DNA of 60,904 nt from Eubacteriales bacterium (GTDB taxonomy: Bacteria > Bacillota > Clostridia > Oscillospirales > CAG-272), in the NCBI GenBank assembly GCA_045536775.1, contig JAZSOD010000093.1, positions 1 to 60,904 of the forward strand. Reading direction: 5' to 3'. Shown piece after piece: positions 1-10,783 of this stretch. A model generated the notes under the pieces. The model was given only the letters and a program-made list of their open reading frames with translations, was not told the DNA's origin and searched no databases. The first letter of the stretch is position 1, and the number at the start of each line of letters is the position of its first letter. Both the position numbers and the translations under genes were made by a program.

Positions 1-912
1 ATGGAAAAGGAAATCGAAGAACTCAAAGAAATGGCTGAGAGCGAAGAAGACAAAGAACTTCGCGAACTTGCTTCTATGGAACTAGACGAAAAGCAAGTTG
101 AGCGTGAAAATATTGAAAACGAACTCAAAATTTTGCTTCTACCCGTCGATCCAAACGACGACAAGAACGTTATCGTGGAAATTCGTGCGGGCGCTAACAG
201 TGACGAAGCGGCTTTGTTTGGCGCGGAACTTATGCGTATGTACAAAATGTACGCTGAAAAGAACCGTTGGAAGATAGAAGATATCGATATAAACGAAACC
301 GAACTTGGCGGAATCAAGGAAGCGGTTTTCTCGCTCACGGGCGACAGTTTGTTTTCGGTGCTTAAATTTGAAAGCGGAGTACACAGAGTGCAGAGAGTGC
401 CCGAAACCGAATCCTCGGGCAGAATACACACCTCGACCGCAACCGTTGCGGTGCTACCCGAGGCAGAGGACGTAGAGGTTGAGATAAATCAGACCGACCT
501 TGAGATCGAAACCTGCAAGTCAAGCGGCGCGGGCGGTCAGCACGTCAACAAGACCGAGTCGGCAATAAGAATCATTCACAAGCCGACGGGAATCATAGTT
601 GAATGTCAGGACGAAAGAAGTCAGCACAAAAATCGGGAAAAGGCAATGAAAATCCTCAGGACCAAGCTTTACGATATGAAGCTGCGCGAAAGAAACGAAA
701 AGATCGCGGGCGAGCGTAAGAGTCAGGTCGGAACGGGCGACAGAAGCGAGAGAATAAGGACCTATAACTTCCCGCAGGGAAGGGTCACGGATCACAGAAT
801 AGGGCTCACGCTTCATTCCATCGAAAACTTTATAAACGGCGATATAGACGATATGATAACCGCACTTATAAACGCGGATACGGCTGAAAAACTGAAAGGA
901 AGCGGCAATTGA
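1..912 (+). CDS. prfA: Peptide chain release factor 1 (N-terminus cut by window edge)
   Basis: GGQ loop [13 protein letters not shown]; RF1-type P-x-T tripeptide in [15 protein letters not shown]; 303 aa is shorter than a full RF1. Confidence 0.95.
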   Translation: MEKEIEELKEMAESEEDKELRELASMELDEKQVERENIENELKILLLPVDPNDDKNVIVEIRAGANSDEAALFGAELMRMYKMYAEKNRWKIEDIDINETELGGIKEAVFSLTGDSLFSVLKFESGVHRVQRVPETESSGRIHTSTATVAVLPEAEDVEVEINQTDLEIETCKSSGAGGQHVNKTESAIRIIHKPTGIIVECQDERSQHKNREKAMKILRTKLYDMKLRERNEKIAGERKSQVGTGDRSERIRTYNFPQGRVTDHRIGLTLHSIENFINGDIDDMITALINADTAEKLKGSGN

Positions 913-1976
913 AAACCGAAATAGCAGTACTGTGCGGAACGCCCGAGGTCGATGACAAAATACTCAGGCGTGGTGCAGAAATAATAAGAACGGGAGGACT
1001 CGTGGCGTTTCCCACCGAAACCGTATACGGACTCGGTGCAAACGCGCTCGACTCAGATGCCGCGGCGAAAATATACGCCGCTAAGGGCAGACCGAGCGAT
1101 AACCCTCTCATAATACACGTAAGCAGACCCGAGGAAGCGGAGCTTTACGCATACGTTCCCGAGGAATATAAGCTCCTCGCGGAAAAATTCCTTCCCGGAC
1201 CGCTGACCGTCATAATGCCAAAGCGCGACAGTATCCCAAGCACCGTCACGGGAGGACTTGACAGCGTTGCGGTGAGAATTCCGTCAAACGCGGCGGCAAG
1301 AAGACTCATCGAGTTATCGGGCGTGCCGATAGCGGCACCCAGCGCAAACCTCTCTGGTAAGCCGAGTCCGACCTTGGCGAGTCACGTCATCGAGGATATG
1401 GACGGCAGAGTCGATATGATAATCGACGGGGGAGAGTGCAACATCGGACTCGAATCCACTATAATAAAGCTTGCAGGCGACGGCAGAGCAGAGCTTTTAC
1501 GTCCGGGAGGCATCACCAAGGAGCAGCTTGAGGAGGTCTTTGCTGAGGTCAAGCTTGACAAGGCGGTCACCGAAAAGCTCGGTGACGGTGAAAAGCCGCT
1601 TGCACCCGGTATGAAATACCGTCACTACGCACCCACGGCAAGCCTTACTCTCGTTTCGGGTGAATCGGGACTTTTTGAAAGGGTAATAGGTGAAAAAGCA
1701 AAGGTCGCAGGGCTTGGAGTCATAGCCTTCGACGAGGATGTTGACACGCTTGTTAAGCTTGGCATAAGGCGAGAAAATATACTGTCTCTGGGCGCAAAGA
1801 GCGACGTGAACGTTCACGCGGCAAGATTATTTTCACTTCTCAGAGAATGTGATACGCGCAAGTTTGAAAAAATATACGCGAGACTTCCCGAGCGTGACGG
1901 ACTCTCGCTTGCGGTCTATAACCGCATAATCAAGGCGGCGGGATACGACGTTATCCGCGGCGAAAAAGAAGAATAA
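909..1976 (+). CDS. L-threonylcarbamoyladenylate synthase, long Sua5/YwlC form
   Basis: YrdC-domain motifs [13 protein letters not shown] and [12 protein letters not shown] plus C-terminal Sua5 extension; TTG start overlaps the prfA stop (ATTGA). Confidence 0.85.
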   Translation: MKTEIAVLCGTPEVDDKILRRGAEIIRTGGLVAFPTETVYGLGANALDSDAAAKIYAAKGRPSDNPLIIHVSRPEEAELYAYVPEEYKLLAEKFLPGPLTVIMPKRDSIPSTVTGGLDSVAVRIPSNAAARRLIELSGVPIAAPSANLSGKPSPTLASHVIEDMDGRVDMIIDGGECNIGLESTIIKLAGDGRAELLRPGGITKEQLEEVFAEVKLDKAVTEKLGDGEKPLAPGMKYRHYAPTASLTLVSGESGLFERVIGEKAKVAGLGVIAFDEDVDTLVKLGIRRENILSLGAKSDVNVHAARLFSLLRECDTRKFEKIYARLPERDGLSLAVYNRIIKAAGYDVIRGEKEE

Positions 1977-1994
1977 ATTTAAGGGGAAACATAA

Positions 1995-4199
1995 ATGGCG
2001 AAGAGAAAAGCAACAGGTAAGGAGCATATCGCAAGCGGCAAGACGGCAGAGGTTACGAATCAGCTCATAACCGATACCATAGTCACGAACTTTATGCCGT
2101 ACGCTATGTACGTTATCCGTGACCGCGCGATTCCCGAAATAGATGGCTTCAAGCCCTCTCACAGAAAGCTCCTCTATACAATGTATAAAATGGGACTCTT
2201 GACGGGCAGCCGTACCAAGAGTACCAACGTCGTGGGTACTACTATGAAGTTAAACCCACACGGCGACGCGTCAATATACGAGACCCTCGTGCGTCTGACA
2301 AGAGGAAACGAGACCCTGCTTCACCCGTTTGTCGACTCAAAGGGAAGCTTCGGTAAGCAGTACAGTCGCGATATGGCGTACGCCGCATCGCGTTATACCG
2401 AGGTAAAGCTCGATTCATTTGCGGCAGAGCTTTTCCGCGGCATCGACAAGGATGCGGTGGATATGATAGACAACTACGATTCGACTATGCTCGAGCCCAC
2501 CCTTCTGCCGACCTCGTTCCCGAACATCCTCGTGTCTCCTAACCTCGGAATCGCGGTAGGTCTGACGAGTAATATCTGCTCCTTCAATCTCGGTGAGATA
2601 TGTGACGGAGCTATACAGCTTCTTAAAAACCCCAAAACGGGCGTTGATAAGATGATGGAGATAATAAAGGCTCCCGACTTTTCGGGCGGCGCGTATCTCA
2701 TCTACGACGCCGAGGTAATGAGAAGCATTTTTGAAACGGGACGCGGTTCCGTCAAGCTTCGCGCGAGATACTCCTACGATAAGAGCGAAAACTGTATTGA
2801 TATAACGCAGATACCCTACTCGACCTCTATCGAGCAGATAATGAACGGCATGGCAGACCTCGTCAAGACCGGAAAGATAAAGGAGATAACCGATTTCCGT
2901 GACGAGATAGACTTAAACGGCTTTAAGCTTACCATAGATTTAAGACGAGGCGTTGACCCCGATAAGCTTATGGCGAAGCTTTTCAAGATGACCTCACTTG
3001 AGGATAGCTTCTCCTGTAACTTCAACGTGCTGATAGGCGGCACACCCAGACAGTGCGGAGTCGTTGAGATACTCAAGGAATGGATAAGCTTCAGAAGCGA
3101 GTGCGTAAAGCGTGAGCTTACCTTCGAGCTTAATAAAAAGCGCGATAAGCTCCATTTGCTTCTTGGTCTCGGACAGATACTTCTTGATATAGACAAGGCA
3201 ATAAAGATAATACGCGAGACAGAAAACGACAGCGACGTTATCCCCAATCTCTGCAAGGGCTTCAACATCGACGAAATGCAGGCAGAGTATATTGCCGATA
3301 TCAGACTCCGCAACTTAAACCGCGAATATATCATAAACAGAATCAAGGAAATCGAAAATCTCCAGAAGGAGATAGCAGAGCTCAAGGAAATAATCGGCGA
3401 CGAAATAAAGCTTCGCTCGTATATTTCCGATCAGCTCAAGGAAATAAAGAAAAAGTACGCGATTCCGCGTAAGACTCAGATCATTTACGAAGACGATATA
3501 GTCAAGTACGATGAAGCCGACGAGGTGGAAAACTATCCCGTCAACGTAGTTATGTCGCGCGGCGGATACTTTAAGAAGATAACCTATCGTTCTCTTCAGG
3601 GTAACGATGAGCACACCTTTAAGGATGACGATGAGCTTCTCGTCTCTTACGATACCGAGAACATCGCAGAGGTGTTGTTCTTCTCGGACAAAGCTCAGGT
3701 GTATAAAGCCAAGATTGCCGACTTCGACACCACCAAGGCGTCGGCTCTCGGTGACTACGTACCCGCAAAGCTCGGCTTTGAGCAGGACGAGCACGCGATA
3801 GGTATGGCGGTTATAAAGAATTATACCGAGGGCGATATGATAGCCTTCGTGTTTGAAAACGGCAAGGGCGTCAGAATACCCGTGACCGCATACGAAACCA
3901 AGGCTAACAGACGTAAGCTCACAAACGCTTATTCGGACGCATCTCCCATTGTTGCGGTGTTCCATATAAAGCCCAAGGAGGACCCCGAAATACTTATCGT
4001 TACAAGCGATAAAAAGGGTGCCCTTATCAAGTCCTCGCTCATTCCCGAAAAGAGCACGAGAAGCGCATCGGGCGTAACTCTTGTAAGTCTTAAAAAGGAC
4101 AAGAAGATAGTCGGTGCGTATACCGATTATCAGAAGAAATACCCCAAGGGCGCGACGGCAAAGAAAATTAAAATACCGGCAACCCCCTCGGCTATATAA
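1995..4199 (+). CDS. Type IIA DNA topoisomerase subunit A (GyrA/ParC family)
   Basis: N-terminal FMPYAMYVIRDRAIPEIDGFKPSHRKLLY and active-site Tyr context AASRYTEVKL; 734 aa; no B subunit adjacent. Confidence 0.85.
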   Translation: MAKRKATGKEHIASGKTAEVTNQLITDTIVTNFMPYAMYVIRDRAIPEIDGFKPSHRKLLYTMYKMGLLTGSRTKSTNVVGTTMKLNPHGDASIYETLVRLTRGNETLLHPFVDSKGSFGKQYSRDMAYAASRYTEVKLDSFAAELFRGIDKDAVDMIDNYDSTMLEPTLLPTSFPNILVSPNLGIAVGLTSNICSFNLGEICDGAIQLLKNPKTGVDKMMEIIKAPDFSGGAYLIYDAEVMRSIFETGRGSVKLRARYSYDKSENCIDITQIPYSTSIEQIMNGMADLVKTGKIKEITDFRDEIDLNGFKLTIDLRRGVDPDKLMAKLFKMTSLEDSFSCNFNVLIGGTPRQCGVVEILKEWISFRSECVKRELTFELNKKRDKLHLLLGLGQILLDIDKAIKIIRETENDSDVIPNLCKGFNIDEMQAEYIADIRLRNLNREYIINRIKEIENLQKEIAELKEIIGDEIKLRSYISDQLKEIKKKYAIPRKTQIIYEDDIVKYDEADEVENYPVNVVMSRGGYFKKITYRSLQGNDEHTFKDDDELLVSYDTENIAEVLFFSDKAQVYKAKIADFDTTKASALGDYVPAKLGFEQDEHAIGMAVIKNYTEGDMIAFVFENGKGVRIPVTAYETKANRRKLTNAYSDASPIVAVFHIKPKEDPEILIVTSDKKGALIKSSLIPEKSTRSASGVTLVSLKKDKKIVGAYTDYQKKYPKGATAKKIKIPATPSAI

Positions 4200-4201
4200 T
4201 T

Positions 4202-5398
4202 ATGAAAAAAATAAAAATACCCGAGTACGTCAGCCTGCTTCTCGATAAGCTTGAGAAAAGCGGCTTTGAGGCGTACGTTGTGGGCGGCGCAGTCAGGAGC
4301 ACACTTCTCGGGGAGACCCCCCACGATTACGACGTTACCACCTCGGCAACGCCCGACGAAATGAAGGCTGTATTTGCAAGCTTCAAGGTGATCGAAACGG
4401 GACTTAAGCACGGAACTTTGACGGTTTTGTCAGAGCATACCCCCGTGGAAATAACTACGTACAGAGTGGACGGCGAATACAGTGACGGCAGACGTCCGGA
4501 CGGAGTAAGCTTTACGAGAAGCCTTGATAATGACCTTTCCCGACGCGACTTTACCGTCAACGCAATGGCTTACAGCGACAAAAGAGGACTCGTTGACCTC
4601 TTTGGAGGCAGGGAAGACCTCAAAAACGGCATTATCAGAACGGTCGGAGACCCCGAAAGGCGTTTTTCGGAGGACCACCTCCGTGTGCTGCGCGCATTAA
4701 GATTTGCCGCAAGACTCGGCTTTACGGTGCATCCCGATACGAGTGCCGCGATGAGAGTCGTAGCCCCCAAAATGAACACCCTCGCACGCGAAAGGGTCTA
4801 TGCTGAAATAAAGGGTATAGTCTGCGGCAGATACGCCGCACGCATATTAAACGAGTACGCCGACGTGATCTCTCACGTGCTTGACGGCTTTGGCGGTACG
4901 AAGCTTCTCGAGAGCTGCGAAAGTACCGACCACGCCGTAAGACTCGCGCTTATTTCGGACGGCTTTGAGTCGGCAGAGCGGGCGATCGCGGCGATTCGCT
5001 CCTTGAAGCCCGATAATAAGACCTTATCTGTCGCAAAGCGGCTGACAGAGCTGCTTTTCACGCCGGACAAGCTCGCAGGCGATAACGTCATAAAATACGC
5101 CATCGAAAACGGCGCGGAGTTTACTCTGCTTGCCGCCGATACCCTGTGCGCGAAAAATGTCGAGATCGGCAGGTGTGCCCGTGAGTTTATAGAAAACAGA
5201 CTCTCTGATGGCGGATGCTTTGAAATAAAAAGCCTCGCGGTCGACGGTGTAGATATAACGGAGCTTGGCGCGTGCGGTCAGCTTGTCGGCAAGGTGTTGG
5301 AGAGGCTTCTTTTCCTTACTGCCAGCGGATTTATAAAGAACGAAAAGAGAATACTTCTTGAAAAGGCGGAAGAAATTCTCAGCGAAATTCACGAATAA
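4202..5398 (+). CDS. cca: CCA tRNA nucleotidyltransferase / poly(A) polymerase family
   Basis: GGAVRSTLLG and DYDVTT nucleotidyltransferase motifs, RRDFTVNAM motif. Confidence 0.8.
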   Translation: MKKIKIPEYVSLLLDKLEKSGFEAYVVGGAVRSTLLGETPHDYDVTTSATPDEMKAVFASFKVIETGLKHGTLTVLSEHTPVEITTYRVDGEYSDGRRPDGVSFTRSLDNDLSRRDFTVNAMAYSDKRGLVDLFGGREDLKNGIIRTVGDPERRFSEDHLRVLRALRFAARLGFTVHPDTSAAMRVVAPKMNTLARERVYAEIKGIVCGRYAARILNEYADVISHVLDGFGGTKLLESCESTDHAVRLALISDGFESAERAIAAIRSLKPDNKTLSVAKRLTELLFTPDKLAGDNVIKYAIENGAEFTLLAADTLCAKNVEIGRCAREFIENRLSDGGCFEIKSLAVDGVDITELGACGQLVGKVLERLLFLTASGFIKNEKRILLEKAEEILSEIHE

Positions 5399-5413
5399 AT
5401 CACAAAAAATCTA

Positions 5414-5442
5414 TTGTCAAATTATCTCGTATATGTTACAAT
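5414..5442 (+). promoter_or_regulatory. Sigma-70-type promoter candidate (TTGTCA-17-TACAAT)
   Basis: -35 at 5414-5419, 17-nt spacer, -10 at 5437-5442, upstream of the 5488 ORF / SpoIID-domain operon. Confidence 0.5.
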
Positions 5443-5487
5443 TTAATCTGACAAATGAGAAAAATCTCGAAATCAGGGAGAATATAT

Positions 5488-6066
5488 ATGAAAAAAAGAC
5501 TCGGCGCGATCGCGCTTGCATTTGCTATGATACTTGTCATCGGGGCTTATGCCGTATACGGTGACAGCGACATAACGAGCGACCCGCTTGTATCCTTAAG
5601 CTACATAAACGAGGTACTCTGGCCCGAAATTGAGGATATGATAGAGAGAGCGATCTCGGGTGAAGATTTTGAAAGAACAGAGTCCGATACAGAAGAAATC
5701 GACACCGAGGAGGATACCGAGGAAACAGAAACTGAGACCGAAAGCGAGAGTGAGACTGTCGAGGAGCCTACGGAAGAGGTCAAGAGCTTCGAGTACGAGG
5801 TGCTTCACCTTAAGGAAAACACCCTTCTTCTGTCCGAAACACCCTGCGAGATAATACTTCGCTCCGGACACGCTTCGGCGTATCTTGCAGGCAACGATAA
5901 CGGACTTGCTGACCTTACCGACGGCGGCGAGCTGCTTGAGGGCGCTCCCCTTGCTTCAAACCATCTGCTGATGATACCGAGAGGTGACGGACGCGGAGTT
6001 AGAATAACCTCTTCGGAGGCATACATTATGGTGAGAGGAGGATACAGAATTGTCGAAGAACAGTAA
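5488..6066 (+). CDS. Hypothetical membrane-anchored protein with acidic T/E/D/S-rich tract
   Basis: Start chosen at MKKRLGAIALAFAM (SD AGGGAG 7 nt upstream); N-terminal TM helix; low-complexity acidic stretch TEEIDTEEDTEETETETESESE. Confidence 0.6.
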   Translation: MKKRLGAIALAFAMILVIGAYAVYGDSDITSDPLVSLSYINEVLWPEIEDMIERAISGEDFERTESDTEEIDTEEDTEETETETESESETVEEPTEEVKSFEYEVLHLKENTLLLSETPCEIILRSGHASAYLAGNDNGLADLTDGGELLEGAPLASNHLLMIPRGDGRGVRITSSEAYIMVRGGYRIVEEQ

Positions 6067-7906
6067 GGGCGGCAAGGGTATGCAGAGAATACTCGTATGG
6101 GTGCTCGTGGCACTGATGGTGCTGGGTATGGTGATACCCTCTCTTATATCAGTGTTCACGCTCAAGGCAAGCGCCGCTTATGATATAAACTATACGGACG
6201 AATTAGTCGTCCGTATTGGTTTATTATACGGAAACAGCGTTGTTTCCGCGTTTCAGACAAGATCTCCGTACGGCTTCAAGGTGCTTGCCGTTGACAAGGA
6301 GACTGACGAGGCGACCGAGCTGTACACCCTCTCGGCAACGACCGTTGAATCGGTCGTGGAGGAAAACCTTGTCATTGTAAACAGAGACTATAAGATAGCG
6401 ACGGATAAATATGACATTGGCGCGTACCGTGCTATGCTTGATGCGGCGATGTCGCTTGAGGACTTGTATAAGGCTATGCATACCGCTATAAAGGGCGGTA
6501 TCGAGGCACCGATAATCCCATCGTATTCGGACGGTGCGTACAGACTCCTTATCGGTAATTTCGGAAGTGCCGGTGAGGCAGAGGCGTATATAGACGAGAT
6601 AAGCGGCGCATTTGAGGGCTTTGAACTTGACGGGGAGTCTTATGAAGACATAATCGTTTACGAGCCCTCGGATACGGCAATTATGCTTATCGACTACGAT
6701 ACCGACGAGGTGGTGTTCGAGTTTGACGGTCTTGACTCAGAGGAGATAGCGCTTGCGGCGCTTGACTCACCCGAGGGAGATAGGGCTTACCTCCAGACCC
6801 CCGCAAACAAGCTCTATGACGGACTTTTTATCTTTACCAGATACAAAAACGGGGTTCAGCTTGTAAACCTCATTGGCTTCGAGGACTACACAAAGGGGGT
6901 AATTCCTTACGAGATAGGTAACGCGTGGCCGCTTGAAACACAGAAGGCGTTTGCAACGGTAGTCAGAAGCTACGCAATAAATCAGATACATAAGCACGAA
7001 GCATCTTACGGCTTTAACCTGTGCAATACCGTGTGCTGTCAGAGCTACGGAGGAGTCAGACTTGTTAACGATAGGGTAATCGAAGCGGTAGAATCAACAA
7101 GAGGACAGGTGCTAAAGGATTATTGGGGCAATATTGTCGCGGCATATTACAGCGCAGTGGCAGGCGGAATGATGGTAAGCTCCAAGGACGTTTGGGGAGG
7201 AACGGTGTCCTATCTTAAGTCCTTTCCGACTCCGTGGGAGGATTACAGCGGACACATAAACGGTATCTGGACTGTCAGCGTGTCGCCCACAGAGCTGAGG
7301 GATAACCTTGTTGCAAAGGGATACACCGAAATAAAGGGACCCATCAAGACTATCGAAACCGAATGTGCCGAAAATTCCGATTACGTTGTAAAGATAACGT
7401 TTACCGATAACAAGGGAAACTCGGTCACCATAAATAAAGCGGATGCGATCAGAACGAAATTCCCCGAATACTTAAAAAGCGCGAACTTCAAGGTCGGACG
7501 AGGAAAGCTTACCGTGAACGATCCCGCGTTTGACAGCGAGAGCGCGAAGACACTTTTCTCGAGAATAGACGGGAATAAGATATCCTACGTCAAGTGGACA
7601 CAGCCGCTGAAGGTACTGACCGCGGCAGGCGAGGGATATGCGTGGGCAGGTGTCGACACACCCGTTATCACGGGAAAGAATAAGATCGAGTACGTTGACA
7701 GAAGCGTGACACTCGAGGCGGATGACGAGGACGATTTTCTCATTGTCGGACGCGGTTGGGGACACGGTGTGGGCTTTTCTCAGGTCGGTGCGTATAACCT
7801 CGGTCAGCAGGGCTTCGACTCCGAGTTCATACTTATGGCGTATTTTCCCGAGACGTACGTAGACGTCTACGATATTGACAAATTAAGGAACAGCGAAAAA
7901 GACTGA
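6050..7906 (+). CDS. SpoIID/LytB domain-containing protein
   Basis: SpoIID-type block YTKGVIPYEIGNAWPLETQKAFATVVRSYA and CNTVCCQSYGG; N-terminal TM; TTG start with GGAGGA SD, overlapping the upstream stop. Confidence 0.8.
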   Translation: MSKNSKGGKGMQRILVWVLVALMVLGMVIPSLISVFTLKASAAYDINYTDELVVRIGLLYGNSVVSAFQTRSPYGFKVLAVDKETDEATELYTLSATTVESVVEENLVIVNRDYKIATDKYDIGAYRAMLDAAMSLEDLYKAMHTAIKGGIEAPIIPSYSDGAYRLLIGNFGSAGEAEAYIDEISGAFEGFELDGESYEDIIVYEPSDTAIMLIDYDTDEVVFEFDGLDSEEIALAALDSPEGDRAYLQTPANKLYDGLFIFTRYKNGVQLVNLIGFEDYTKGVIPYEIGNAWPLETQKAFATVVRSYAINQIHKHEASYGFNLCNTVCCQSYGGVRLVNDRVIEAVESTRGQVLKDYWGNIVAAYYSAVAGGMMVSSKDVWGGTVSYLKSFPTPWEDYSGHINGIWTVSVSPTELRDNLVAKGYTEIKGPIKTIETECAENSDYVVKITFTDNKGNSVTINKADAIRTKFPEYLKSANFKVGRGKLTVNDPAFDSESAKTLFSRIDGNKISYVKWTQPLKVLTAAGEGYAWAGVDTPVITGKNKIEYVDRSVTLEADDEDDFLIVGRGWGHGVGFSQVGAYNLGQQGFDSEFILMAYFPETYVDVYDIDKLRNSEKD

Positions 7907-7989
7907 GGATAATGCTGACAGTAAGCTTCGGCGTATATGGCGCAGAACGCAGTCAAGGATTAGAGAGTGAAATACTTTATAAAAATCAG

Positions 7990-8030
7990 AAAAAACACGG
8001 CGTCAGCCATTGGCTGACGCCGTGTTTTTT
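7990..8030. terminator. Bidirectional rho-independent terminator
   Basis: 13-bp GC-rich stem cacggcgtcagcc/ggctgacgccgtg flanked by A6 and T6 between convergent genes. Confidence 0.85.
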
Positions 8031-8032
8031 GA

Positions 8033-9061
8033 TTACCAATTATCGCTTTCGTCCTCGGGAATAACACGCTTTAGCGCTTCTATCGCGCACTCGATCATGT
8101 CGTCGTCGGGCTCAAGCACCGAGATATGCTGAAGCCATACACCGGGCTTTGAGATTATACGCGTTAAAAGGTTATCGTGTCTGCCTGCAAGTCTGATAAG
8201 CTCGTAACCGAGTCCCATAATGAGAGGAAGCATGCAGAGCTTTATCGCGGTTCTGAGAAGAGCGGGGATACCTGCGGGGATAAGCATCGAAATAAATATT
8301 CCCACAATAAGCATAAGTATCATAAACGAGGTTCCGCATCTCGGATGGAAGCGTCCCATTTTCTTTATATTCTCAACAGTCAACTCAAGACCTGCCTCAT
8401 AGCAGAAAATACTCTTGTGCTCGGCACCGTGATACATAAACGTGCGTCTGATGTCCTTCATCAGTGACATAGATGCCATATATACAACAAAGATTATGAT
8501 TCTGAGAATACCCTCTGTCAGACTTCTTATAAATCTTGTGTTTGCAGCGGGCGCAAGGTAAGCGATGCCGTCGAAGATCTTAACGGGCAAATAAAGGAAG
8601 AGCAAGAGCGCCAGAGCAACTCCGAGTACCGAGGCAACCACCATCAGTACGTTCATAAGCGCCGAGCTTTTCTTTTCCTCAGCCTTTACAACTCGCTTCT
8701 TGTCGGTCTTTTCTTCGGGCGTCTCGACTATATCGTCGGCATTTTCAACCGCGCTTGCATCAGAGCCCTTTGCCTCTTCATTTATTTCATCCTCAAGACC
8801 GCTCATCTCGGCAGAGTCCATAAGACACTTGTAGCCTATTTTCATAGAAGTGATAAAGGAGTAAACTCCTCTGATAACAGGGAGCTTGAAAAATTTAGGA
8901 ACACTTGCGCTTCCCGTTTCCCACTCCTTTATACGTATTTCACCGCTTGTGTGGCGAACCGCCATAGCAGTTTTCTGTGGACCGCGCATCATTATGCCCT
9001 CAATAAGCGCCTGACCGCCGATCGAGGTCTTTTTGCACGGTGTGCATTTATTTTTATCCAA
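8033..9061 (-). CDS. DUF1385 (YqhQ-like) membrane protein
   Basis: N-terminal GGQALIEGIMMRGP signature and C-terminal multi-TM region with YHGAEHK motif. Confidence 0.8.
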   Translation of the reverse strand: MDKNKCTPCKKTSIGGQALIEGIMMRGPQKTAMAVRHTSGEIRIKEWETGSASVPKFFKLPVIRGVYSFITSMKIGYKCLMDSAEMSGLEDEINEEAKGSDASAVENADDIVETPEEKTDKKRVVKAEEKKSSALMNVLMVVASVLGVALALLLFLYLPVKIFDGIAYLAPAANTRFIRSLTEGILRIIIFVVYMASMSLMKDIRRTFMYHGAEHKSIFCYEAGLELTVENIKKMGRFHPRCGTSFMILMLIVGIFISMLIPAGIPALLRTAIKLCMLPLIMGLGYELIRLAGRHDNLLTRIISKPGVWLQHISVLEPDDDMIECAIEALKRVIPEDESDNW

Positions 9062-9178
9062 AACCGTAGTCCTTTCAATAGATGATTACATTTTAGTTTA
9101 GCACAAATGCCCACGCTTTTCAAGGCTTTGTCCCAACTTTGAAAATTTATTTACATTTACGAATAGACTCGGTTTTTG

Positions 9179-9207
9179 TTGACAATGGGCGTACGGTCTG
9201 TTATAAT
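9179..9207 (+). promoter_or_regulatory. Consensus sigma-70-type promoter (TTGACA-17-TATAAT)
   Basis: Perfect -35 at 9179-9184 and -10 at 9202-9207, about 30 nt upstream of the EamA gene. Confidence 0.7.
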
Positions 9208-9237
9208 CATCTGGTATAAAGTTTTATGGAGGCAGGT

Positions 9238-10101
9238 ATGAGTACGAGAAAAGCCGTAATTATGATGTCGCTGTGCTCGGTAATGTGGAGTATAGCGGGC
9301 GTTATCTTCAAATATATTGACTGTAACCCATTCGTTATTGCGGGAATAAGAAGCTTCATTGCATCAATGACGGTGCTTGTTTATATGATAATAACAAAGC
9401 AGCGCTTTATGATAACCAGAAGAACGGTCCTTAACGCAGTTTTTCTCGCGGCGGTGTTTTTCTGCTTCGTTGGCTCAAACAAGCTTACGAGCGCCGCAAA
9501 TGCGATAGTTTTGCAGTACACGGCACCCGTGTTCGTGCTTCTTTACCAGCTCGTTTTCAAGAGAATGAAGCCTCATATTCACGATATTATATGCGTTGTA
9601 CTGACCTTTTTCGGAATTGCGCTGTTTTTCGGAGACAGTATAGGAGAGGGCAGACTTATCGGAGATATAGTCGCTATTGCCTCGGGCTTTTTCTTCGGAG
9701 GAATGATGATAGCGATAGGCGAGTCTGACCCGTGTGAGAGTATAAACGGAGTATTCCAAGGACAGCTCCTCACCGCGCTTATCGGAATCCCCTTCGTATT
9801 CTTTACCGAAAACACCTTCACACCAACAACAGTCGGCTTGTTTCTCGTGCTCGGCATACTCCAGCTCGGTATTCCGTACACCGTGGTAGCAATAGCGGGG
9901 CCTCATTGTCCGCCTCTTGCAAGCTCACTCGTAACGGTTTTCGAGCCGCTTCTGAATCCTGTGTGGGTGGCACTTATATACCACGAGGTTCCGGGAGTGT
10001 GGGCGCTTGTGGGCGGAGTGATAGTTATTGCAAACGTACTCACTTGGTGCATTATGAGGGACAAGAGAGAAGAAAAGCAGAAAATGAAACAGCAGGCGTG
10101 A
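9238..10101 (+). CDS. EamA/DMT family transporter
   Basis: About 10 predicted TM helices in two halves; start at the second ATG with GGAGG SD (alternative ATG at 9226). Confidence 0.75.
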   Translation: MSTRKAVIMMSLCSVMWSIAGVIFKYIDCNPFVIAGIRSFIASMTVLVYMIITKQRFMITRRTVLNAVFLAAVFFCFVGSNKLTSAANAIVLQYTAPVFVLLYQLVFKRMKPHIHDIICVVLTFFGIALFFGDSIGEGRLIGDIVAIASGFFFGGMMIAIGESDPCESINGVFQGQLLTALIGIPFVFFTENTFTPTTVGLFLVLGILQLGIPYTVVAIAGPHCPPLASSLVTVFEPLLNPVWVALIYHEVPGVWALVGGVIVIANVLTWCIMRDKREEKQKMKQQA

Positions 10102-10116
10102 GCCTGCTGTTCTTTG

Positions 10117-10716
10117 TTATGACATTTTGAGAGCATCGGAGAACTCGTTAAGTCCGATGAGAACATTGTTCGGGTCAAGTCCCGAGGTGATTTCCCATAC
10201 GCCGCTCCTGTTCTCGGCAACCTCCACCACAAATACCGTGGAAGCGGTTTTGTTGTCGGCTCTTGACAAGAGCTCTGCAAGTATCTCTCCCGACTTCTTG
10301 TAAAGGAAAGTATTGAAGTCCTCAAGGCTCGTGTCCTCGGGAATGTTCGCAAGAGCCATTATGGTCTCGTCTGCCCACTCTGACATAAGAAGCGAGAAAT
10401 CTGTGTTCGATACTTTAACCTTTACCTTGCCTGTCCTGTTGTTACTGTTTGGATTGTCTATCGTTGACGATACTATTTCATAGTCAAGGTTTTTGTAGAG
10501 AAGAGTGAGGTCAAAGGAATTGAACATTGCAAACTCCTCGGAGTCCTCCTTGTACGAACTAAGAAGAAAATCCTTAAGCTCGTCTGCATCGGAGGTCTTT
10601 AGGTTTTCAAGTAAATCTGTAACGGCGCTTGCGGGTGCATCGTCCTTTTTGCCGCAGCCCGTAACGAGTGAGAGCACGGTGATGAGTGTAAGTATGAGTA
10701 CTAAAGTCTTTTTCAT
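10117..10716 (-). CDS. Hypothetical lipoprotein
   Basis: Signal peptide plus lipobox MKKTLVLILTLITVLSLVTGC; own consensus promoter upstream. Confidence 0.7.
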   Translation of the reverse strand: MKKTLVLILTLITVLSLVTGCGKKDDAPASAVTDLLENLKTSDADELKDFLLSSYKEDSEEFAMFNSFDLTLLYKNLDYEIVSSTIDNPNSNNRTGKVKVKVSNTDFSLLMSEWADETIMALANIPEDTSLEDFNTFLYKKSGEILAELLSRADNKTASTVFVVEVAENRSGVWEITSGLDPNNVLIGLNEFSDALKMS

Positions 10717-10754
10717 TGAATTGATCCTTTCGGGTAAAAATAAGCTTCAATGCA

Positions 10755-10783
10755 ATTATACCTTTTTTTCTCACCCTTGTCAA
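10755..10783 (-). promoter_or_regulatory. Consensus sigma-70-type promoter on minus strand (TTGACA-17-TATAAT)
   Basis: Reverse complement of 10778-10783 is TTGACA and of 10755-10760 is TATAAT, with a 17-nt spacer; drives the lipoprotein gene. Confidence 0.7.

Noticed and set aside
5601-5783. Ser-rich (5601-5783) and Lys/Arg-rich (5660-5854) ORFs overlapping the acidic tract of the 5488-6066 gene
   Set aside because: They are alternative-frame and antisense readings of a GA-rich low-complexity coding stretch. The TM-anchored acidic protein frame is continuous with a proper start and SD.
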